Below, piece by piece: positions 28,236-33,536 of a stretch of DNA of 33,536 bases. The notes below the pieces were generated by a model. It did no database searches, was not told where the DNA came from, and saw only the letters and a list, made by a program, of their open reading frames with translations. Every line of letters starts with the position of its first letter. Positions within the stretch are counted from its first letter, which is position 1. The stretch comes from Abditibacteriaceae bacterium (GTDB lineage Bacteria > Armatimonadota > Abditibacteriia > Abditibacteriales > Abditibacteriaceae): positions 1 through 33,536 of the forward strand of contig JANMKN010000280.1 of NCBI GenBank assembly GCA_031372065.1, read 5' to 3'. Both the position numbers and the translations under genes were made by a program.

Positions 28236-28484
28236 ATGTGGGAAAAATTCTACAATTTTGGCCGCATGCTCTTCAATTTGAGCGAAGACTTAAAAGAAAA
28301 TCGCGCCAATACAGAAAGATTAGAGCAAGAGATGCGCGACCTGACAATGCTCGTTCGCCAGTTAGCCTTTGAATTGCAACGCACCCGCGAAAATCAAAAG
28401 CACGAATTGGAAAAGATTGAACTGCGGCTCAAATTGGAAATGCTTCAATCAGTTAAACAACTGCCCGACGAGCAAAAAAAGTAA
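28236..28484 (+). CDS. Small coiled-coil hypothetical protein (82 aa)
   Basis: ATG 7 nt after the previous stop; MWEKFYNFGRMLF followed by a long heptad helix. Confidence 0.7.
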   Translation: MWEKFYNFGRMLFNLSEDLKENRANTERLEQEMRDLTMLVRQLAFELQRTRENQKHELEKIELRLKLEMLQSVKQLPDEQKK

Positions 28485-28488
28485 CCCC

Positions 28489-29403
28489 TCAAACCGCCCA
28501 CGCGCTCACAAAATGTGCGTCGCCGACTTCAACCAAATGCGAGGCGGCGCGCTCTTGCTCTGTCGGCTCCCAACTCACAGTCGAAAGCGGCGTTTTGGGC
28601 GCGCTGGTCAAAGTTGGAATCGCTTTCAATAATCCCTTCGTGTAAGGATGGCGCGGACGGGCAAACAATTCTTCAACCGGCGCCTGTTCGACGATAATGC
28701 CGCTGTGCATCACGGCCACGCGGTCACACATTTCGGCGACGAGGCCCATGTTATGCGTAATCAGCAAAATCGCCATGTCGCGCTTGCGGCGCATAGCGCG
28801 CAGCAAATCTAAAATGCGCGCTTGAACCGTGACATCCAAGGCCGTGGTCGGCTCATCGGCGATCAACAAATCGGGGTTGCAGGAAATGGCAATAGCGATC
28901 ATCACGCGCTGCCTCATGCCGCCGCTGAGTTGATGCGGATAAGCGTCCACGCGCTGCGCGTCGTCAATGCCGACATCGCGCAAAACCTCAATGGCTTTTT
29001 GACGCGCTGCTTGGCCTTGCAAATTTTGATGCAGTTTCAAGGCTTCGCCAATTTGCTGGCCGACAGTGTAAAGCGGGTCAAGGCTGGTCATCGGCTCTTG
29101 AAAGATCATACTGATTTCATTGCCGCGAATCGCGCGCATTTGCGCTTCGGAAAATTGCGCGAGGTCGCGTTCTTTCCACAAAATCTGCCCTTGCGTGATG
29201 CGTCCCGGCGCCGAAACAAGGCGCAAAACCGACAGGCTCGTCACGCTTTTGCCACAACCGCTTTCGCCGACAAGTCCCAAAACTTCGCCGCGCGCAATGT
29301 CGAACGAAATGCCATCTACGGCCTTGATGACGCCATCATCGGTGAAAAACTGCGTGTGCAAATCGCGCACTTGCAAAATGGTTTCGCTCATGGAGGAACT
29401 CAT
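28489..29403 (-). CDS. Oligopeptide ABC ATP-binding protein (OppD-like; alternative start 29391)
   Basis: [40 protein letters not shown]. Confidence 0.93.
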   Translation of the reverse strand: MSSSMSETILQVRDLHTQFFTDDGVIKAVDGISFDIARGEVLGLVGESGCGKSVTSLSVLRLVSAPGRITQGQILWKERDLAQFSEAQMRAIRGNEISMIFQEPMTSLDPLYTVGQQIGEALKLHQNLQGQAARQKAIEVLRDVGIDDAQRVDAYPHQLSGGMRQRVMIAIAISCNPDLLIADEPTTALDVTVQARILDLLRAMRRKRDMAILLITHNMGLVAEMCDRVAVMHSGIIVEQAPVEELFARPRHPYTKGLLKAIPTLTSAPKTPLSTVSWEPTEQERAASHLVEVGDAHFVSAWAV

Positions 29404-30581
29404 CCCAACCTCCGCGATTTTGGGTCAAGCGCGTCGCGCAGGCCGTCGCCTAAAAAGTTGAAGGCCAACGTTGTTATGAAAATCGTCACGCCGGGCGCTA
29501 AAATCCACGGGCGACTTTGCAAGGTCGTCAAGTTCTGCGCCGCCGAAAGCATATTACCCCAACTGGCCATTGGTTCGCGGATGCCAAGGCCCAAAAATGA
29601 CAGGCCCGCTTCGGCCAAAATGTAACCGGGCACTGCCATCGTCGCGCCGACGATAGCGTAAGTAAAAGTCGTCGGCAAAATGTGGCGAATGATGATTTTC
29701 AAATCGGAAACGCCCAAAGCGCGGGCCGCTTCGACATATTCGCGTTCGCGCGCCGATAAAACCATGCCGCGCACCACACGCGCCATGCCGGCCCAGCCGA
29801 TGAACGACAAAATGACGATGATTAAAATGTAAACCGTGACCGGCGACAGCGTAATCGGCAGCGCTGCGGCCAAAGCGAGCAACAAATAAAAATCCGGCAC
29901 GCTCATCAAGATTTCGCAAAGGCGCATGATAAGGTCGTCTACCACGCCGCCGTAAAAGCCGCTGATGCCGCCGATGAGCATACCCAAACTGAACGTGATG
30001 AAAATCGCAATCAGGCCCACCGAAAGCGAAATTTGCGAGCCATAAAGCAAGCGCGAAAAATAATCGCGCCCGAATTCATCGGTGCCCAAAACAAAAATTG
30101 CGCGGCCCTTTTCGACGCCAAACAAATGAATCGTGCTGGGAATCAGGCCGAGTAATTTATAAGGCGCGCCCGATACGAAAAAGCGCACGGCGTTTTGCTG
30201 CGCGGCATCCAGCGGATAAACGATGTCACGCAGTGGCGTGAATTGCTGCACCGTGCCATAAACGAAAGGACGCAGATGAAACCCGCCCTCGTGGTCACGA
30301 AAACGCACGCGCATCGGCGGATGAAAGGTTTGGCTGCCATGATCGCCGGGCAATTGATCTTGCGGGTCGTAAGGCGCGATGAACGGCGCAAACAAAGCAA
30401 TGGCGTAAAGCGCCAAAAGAGTCCACAAGCCAAGCATGGCCGCGTGATTTTTGCGCAACTCACGCCACGCCAGTTGCACCGGCGAAAGCGAGGTTTGCGC
30501 GGCCATTCTTGCGGCTTTGCCCGTTAAAAGTTGGCCTTCGGCGCGCTTTTGCGCGGTGCTTTGCTTGGACATGAAATTCAA
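29400..30581 (-). CDS. Oligopeptide ABC permease (OppC-like)
   Basis: LGTDEFGRD.FSRL.YG..ISL, REYVEAARALG, NFLGDGLRDALDP. Confidence 0.94.
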   Translation of the reverse strand: MNFMSKQSTAQKRAEGQLLTGKAARMAAQTSLSPVQLAWRELRKNHAAMLGLWTLLALYAIALFAPFIAPYDPQDQLPGDHGSQTFHPPMRVRFRDHEGGFHLRPFVYGTVQQFTPLRDIVYPLDAAQQNAVRFFVSGAPYKLLGLIPSTIHLFGVEKGRAIFVLGTDEFGRDYFSRLLYGSQISLSVGLIAIFITFSLGMLIGGISGFYGGVVDDLIMRLCEILMSVPDFYLLLALAAALPITLSPVTVYILIIVILSFIGWAGMARVVRGMVLSAREREYVEAARALGVSDLKIIIRHILPTTFTYAIVGATMAVPGYILAEAGLSFLGLGIREPMASWGNMLSAAQNLTTLQSRPWILAPGVTIFITTLAFNFLGDGLRDALDPKSRRLG

Positions 30582-31543
30582 CTGAACTTAATGCGCGGGT
30601 CGGTGATGGCAAGCAAAATATCGGCGATGAGATTGCCAACAATGAGCAGCACCGCGCCCATCACAAACGAGGCCATCGAAACATATAAATCTTGCGTTTG
30701 CACGCTTTCCAAAAGCAAGCGGCCCAAACCCGGCCACGCCATGACGTTTTCGACAAGCGCCGCGCCTGCTAACAAGCCGCTGATTTGATAACCAACCAAA
30801 GTAATCAGCGGATTGATGGCGTTGCGCGTGGCGTGCTTGACGATCACGGCGCGCTCCGACAAACCGCGCGCGCGCGCCGCCAAAATGTAATTTTCGCTGA
30901 GGACATCCAACAAATTGCCGCGCATTTGGCGCATCAGTCCGGCGATGCCGCCGATGCCCAAAACCAGTGTCGGCAAGATTAAATGGTGCGCCGTATCGAG
31001 AATTTTCTGGCCTTGTGACATTTGTTCATAATTCACGCTGGACGCGCCGCCAACGGGAAACCAACCGCTGATTAATGCGAAGCGCATCGCCAAAAGCGCC
31101 ACGAAAAAACCGGGCAGCGAAATGCCCGCGAAGGCGCCGAAATTCAAAACCCTGTCCAGCCAGTTATTGCGATGCGTCGCGGCGTAAATGCCGAGAGGAA
31201 TCGCCAAAACCCACGCCAAAAGGCCGGAGTAAAACGCCAGCAGAATGGTGTAATAGGCCCGCGACATAATGAGCTTAAACGCTGGCTCTTTGTAAGTGAA
31301 CGACTCGCCGAAATTGCCCTGCGCGGCGTTTTTCAGCCAGTAAAAATACTGCACCGCAGGCGGCTTATCCAAACCGTATTGTTGGCGCAAACGCTTGATG
31401 GTTTCGGGGCGAATTTGCGGATTCTGCTTCATCTGCTCCACATAATCGCCCGGCGCCAGTTGCATCGCGCCGAACGACAAAATGGTGATGCCCAAAACCA
31501 GCGGAATCATCTGCAAAAGGCGGCGAAGAATATAGAGGAACAT
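30578..31543 (-). CDS. Oligopeptide ABC permease (OppB-like)
   Basis: YILRR, YGLDKP...QY..WL, Y...ARARGL, WPGLGRL, DPRI. Confidence 0.94.
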   Translation of the reverse strand: MFLYILRRLLQMIPLVLGITILSFGAMQLAPGDYVEQMKQNPQIRPETIKRLRQQYGLDKPPAVQYFYWLKNAAQGNFGESFTYKEPAFKLIMSRAYYTILLAFYSGLLAWVLAIPLGIYAATHRNNWLDRVLNFGAFAGISLPGFFVALLAMRFALISGWFPVGGASSVNYEQMSQGQKILDTAHHLILPTLVLGIGGIAGLMRQMRGNLLDVLSENYILAARARGLSERAVIVKHATRNAINPLITLVGYQISGLLAGAALVENVMAWPGLGRLLLESVQTQDLYVSMASFVMGAVLLIVGNLIADILLAITDPRIKFS

Positions 31544-31552
31544 GGTTGGGGG

Positions 31553-33388
31553 TTACAGCTTCGTTTTCGTCGCCTCCACATCGAAAAGTTCGTCCTGATT
31601 CCACATCGCGCCGCCTTGCGGGCAGGGCTTGAGGTTGCCGAAGCGATTGCGCACCGCCCACAGTGAATCGGGCACGACAAGATACAAAAACGGCAACTGC
31701 TCGGCGGCGATGACTTGCCAGCGATTGTAAATTTTCTGGCGTTCTTTGGCATCCAGCGATTGCGCGCCGCGCCGAAACAGGTCATCAATTTCGGCTTCCC
31801 ACGGCGTGGCGGGTGTTTTCTGACTGGGATTCCATTGGTGTTGGTTACCACTACTAATCCAAATACTGGCACCATCGTGCGGCTCGATACCGCCGCCAAA
31901 GCCCAAAACCACCGCTTCCCATTCATAGGGCGCGTTATCCAGACTCGTCACCAGTTTATTGAAATTGATCGGCGTAAAAATGGCGTTCAGGCCAATGTTT
32001 TTCAAATCTTTGGTTATCACCGTGCACATACTTTTGCGCTGTTCGTTTTCGACGTTGGTGATGATATTGAATTGCACTTCGTGACCGTCAAACTCACGAA
32101 AACCGTTGCCGTCGTTGTCTTTCACGCCGATTTCATCAAGCAGTGCTTTGGCTTTGGCCGTGTCGTAGCGATATTGCGGCACGTTGGGATTGTAAAACGT
32201 TTTATTGGCGGGCGAAACCGGACTCCACATCGGCTTAGCGAGACCACGATACTGGTTGATGCACACCAAATCGCGGTTGATGGCATAGGAAACCGCCTGC
32301 CGAAACTTTTGCTGCTGGAATAATTTAATTTTCCACGCCGCGACTTTGGCTTTGGGGTTGAGATTAAAATTCAAATAAATAAAACCCGACCCCGGCCCCA
32401 AATCGTAAACCGTGTAATTGCCTGTTTTTTCGCCGCGTTTGATGGGCGGATAATCGAGCGCTTGCACTTCGAGCGTGTCACATTCTTTGGCTTCAAACTT
32501 CAAGCGCATGGTGTTTTTATCGGGCACGATAAGCTGCACATACTTTTCGAGATACGGCAATGGCCCGCCCCATTTATCGTGCTTCCAGTAATGCGGATTG
32601 CGCGCATAAATCACGCGTTGCCCGGCGACATATTCTTTCATAATCCAGATGCCGCTGGCGACTAATTCTTTGGGATTGGTCGAAACGCTCCACGTCGCAT
32701 TGATCTGGCCGCTTTTCCACGCCTTATACAATTTGTGGCGCGGCGCAACGGTAATGGACAGCATCGAACGCGCCGGGGCATAGCGCACAGGAAAACGAAA
32801 CTCGACGGTGCGCTCATCTATTTTGCGGTATTTCAACGGCTGGCGCGAAAGTTTGCCGGTTTTCGGGTCTTTGACATCCACCAGCATCCCTTCGCGCATG
32901 ATGCCCTGCGTTTTTTCATCGTAGATCATATCCACGGTGAAAATCACATCATCGGCGGTTATCGGCTGCCCGTCGCTCCACTGCAAATTTGGCTTGAGAT
33001 GAAACGTCCACAGCAAACCATCGGCGCTGACTTGCGGTAAGTCGGCCAAGTGCCCTTCCCACTGCTGCGTATAGGGATTCTGACCAATCAGGCCATCGTA
33101 AAGCGGCCCCGCGATGCCAAAAGATGAGGCTTCGCCCGCCGCCCAGATATTAAAAGTTTTCGGGTCGCCTAAAGTCACATCGGTAATCGTGCCGCCATAT
33201 TTGCCGCACTTGGATGGCGGTTCGGTTTTTCCGGCGACGACCAATGTGAGGCCACCCAAATCCGCCCCATTCTTTTGCGCGCCGCCTTGAAGAAACGTAT
33301 CATGCGCGCCCCAGCCCATCACCCACGCGCCGCACCACAGCAAAAGTAAAATTCCAAAATTCGGGCCGAGGGGAAAAGAAGGTTTCAT
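31553..33388 (-). CDS. Family 5 ABC substrate-binding protein (OppA/AppA-like) with an N-terminal hydrophobic anchor
   Basis: YGGT, DPKTFN, WSDGQPITADDVIFT, RNPHYWK, PYLEK, FRQAVSYAINR, WEAEIDDL. ATG at 33388 precedes the hydrophobic segment; start uncertain. Confidence 0.92.
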   Translation of the reverse strand: MKPSFPLGPNFGILLLLWCGAWVMGWGAHDTFLQGGAQKNGADLGGLTLVVAGKTEPPSKCGKYGGTITDVTLGDPKTFNIWAAGEASSFGIAGPLYDGLIGQNPYTQQWEGHLADLPQVSADGLLWTFHLKPNLQWSDGQPITADDVIFTVDMIYDEKTQGIMREGMLVDVKDPKTGKLSRQPLKYRKIDERTVEFRFPVRYAPARSMLSITVAPRHKLYKAWKSGQINATWSVSTNPKELVASGIWIMKEYVAGQRVIYARNPHYWKHDKWGGPLPYLEKYVQLIVPDKNTMRLKFEAKECDTLEVQALDYPPIKRGEKTGNYTVYDLGPGSGFIYLNFNLNPKAKVAAWKIKLFQQQKFRQAVSYAINRDLVCINQYRGLAKPMWSPVSPANKTFYNPNVPQYRYDTAKAKALLDEIGVKDNDGNGFREFDGHEVQFNIITNVENEQRKSMCTVITKDLKNIGLNAIFTPINFNKLVTSLDNAPYEWEAVVLGFGGGIEPHDGASIWISSGNQHQWNPSQKTPATPWEAEIDDLFRRGAQSLDAKERQKIYNRWQVIAAEQLPFLYLVVPDSLWAVRNRFGNLKPCPQGGAMWNQDELFDVEATKTKL

Positions 33389-33459
33389 GCAGGAAACATA
33401 TTTTAGAGCGGGGCTACCGCCTAATGACAGGGAGTAAAGAGCGACTGCGTCGCTCATTG

Positions 33460-33477
33460 CCCCTCACCCTAACCCTC
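33460..33477. repeat. Fragment of a CCCCTCACCCTAACCCTC-type extragenic palindrome
   Basis: Exact CCCCTCACCCTAACCCTC, without the usual TCCC...GGGAGAGGG hairpin. Confidence 0.4.
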
Positions 33478-33536
33478 AGGGCAATCGCATGAGAAAATAT
33501 ATTGCCTTGTTCCCCACCCGTAAACGAGTGGGCTGA

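Overview
The window looks like two unrelated DNAs joined at a GATC site (3047-3050). Bases 1-3050 are GC-rich and Verrucomicrobia-like. They carry the 5' end of an ECF sigma factor gene and a pyruvate carboxylase gene that breaks off after codon 905. The rest has lower GC and different codon usage (my impression is Abditibacteriota/Armatimonadota-like, unverified). It carries an RpoD-like alternative sigma factor, an orphan KdpE-like regulator, valS, an antitoxin-Doc pair, a thioesterase, a split Fe3+-type ABC system, a DEDDh exonuclease, TPR, GH18-like and CBM-like proteins, a secreted FAD oxidoreductase, an ADP-ribosylglycohydrolase coupled to era, and two tandem Opp/Dpp-type ABC operons. 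The most unusual signals are: (i) three copies of a CACAAAG/CTTTGTG palindromic element, one of which appears to encode a lipoprotein signal peptide; (ii) a 12 x 21-bp array of palindromic units with mixed orientation, abutting a ribosome-binding site; (iii) a two-gene coiled-coil module inserted antisense inside an Opp operon.
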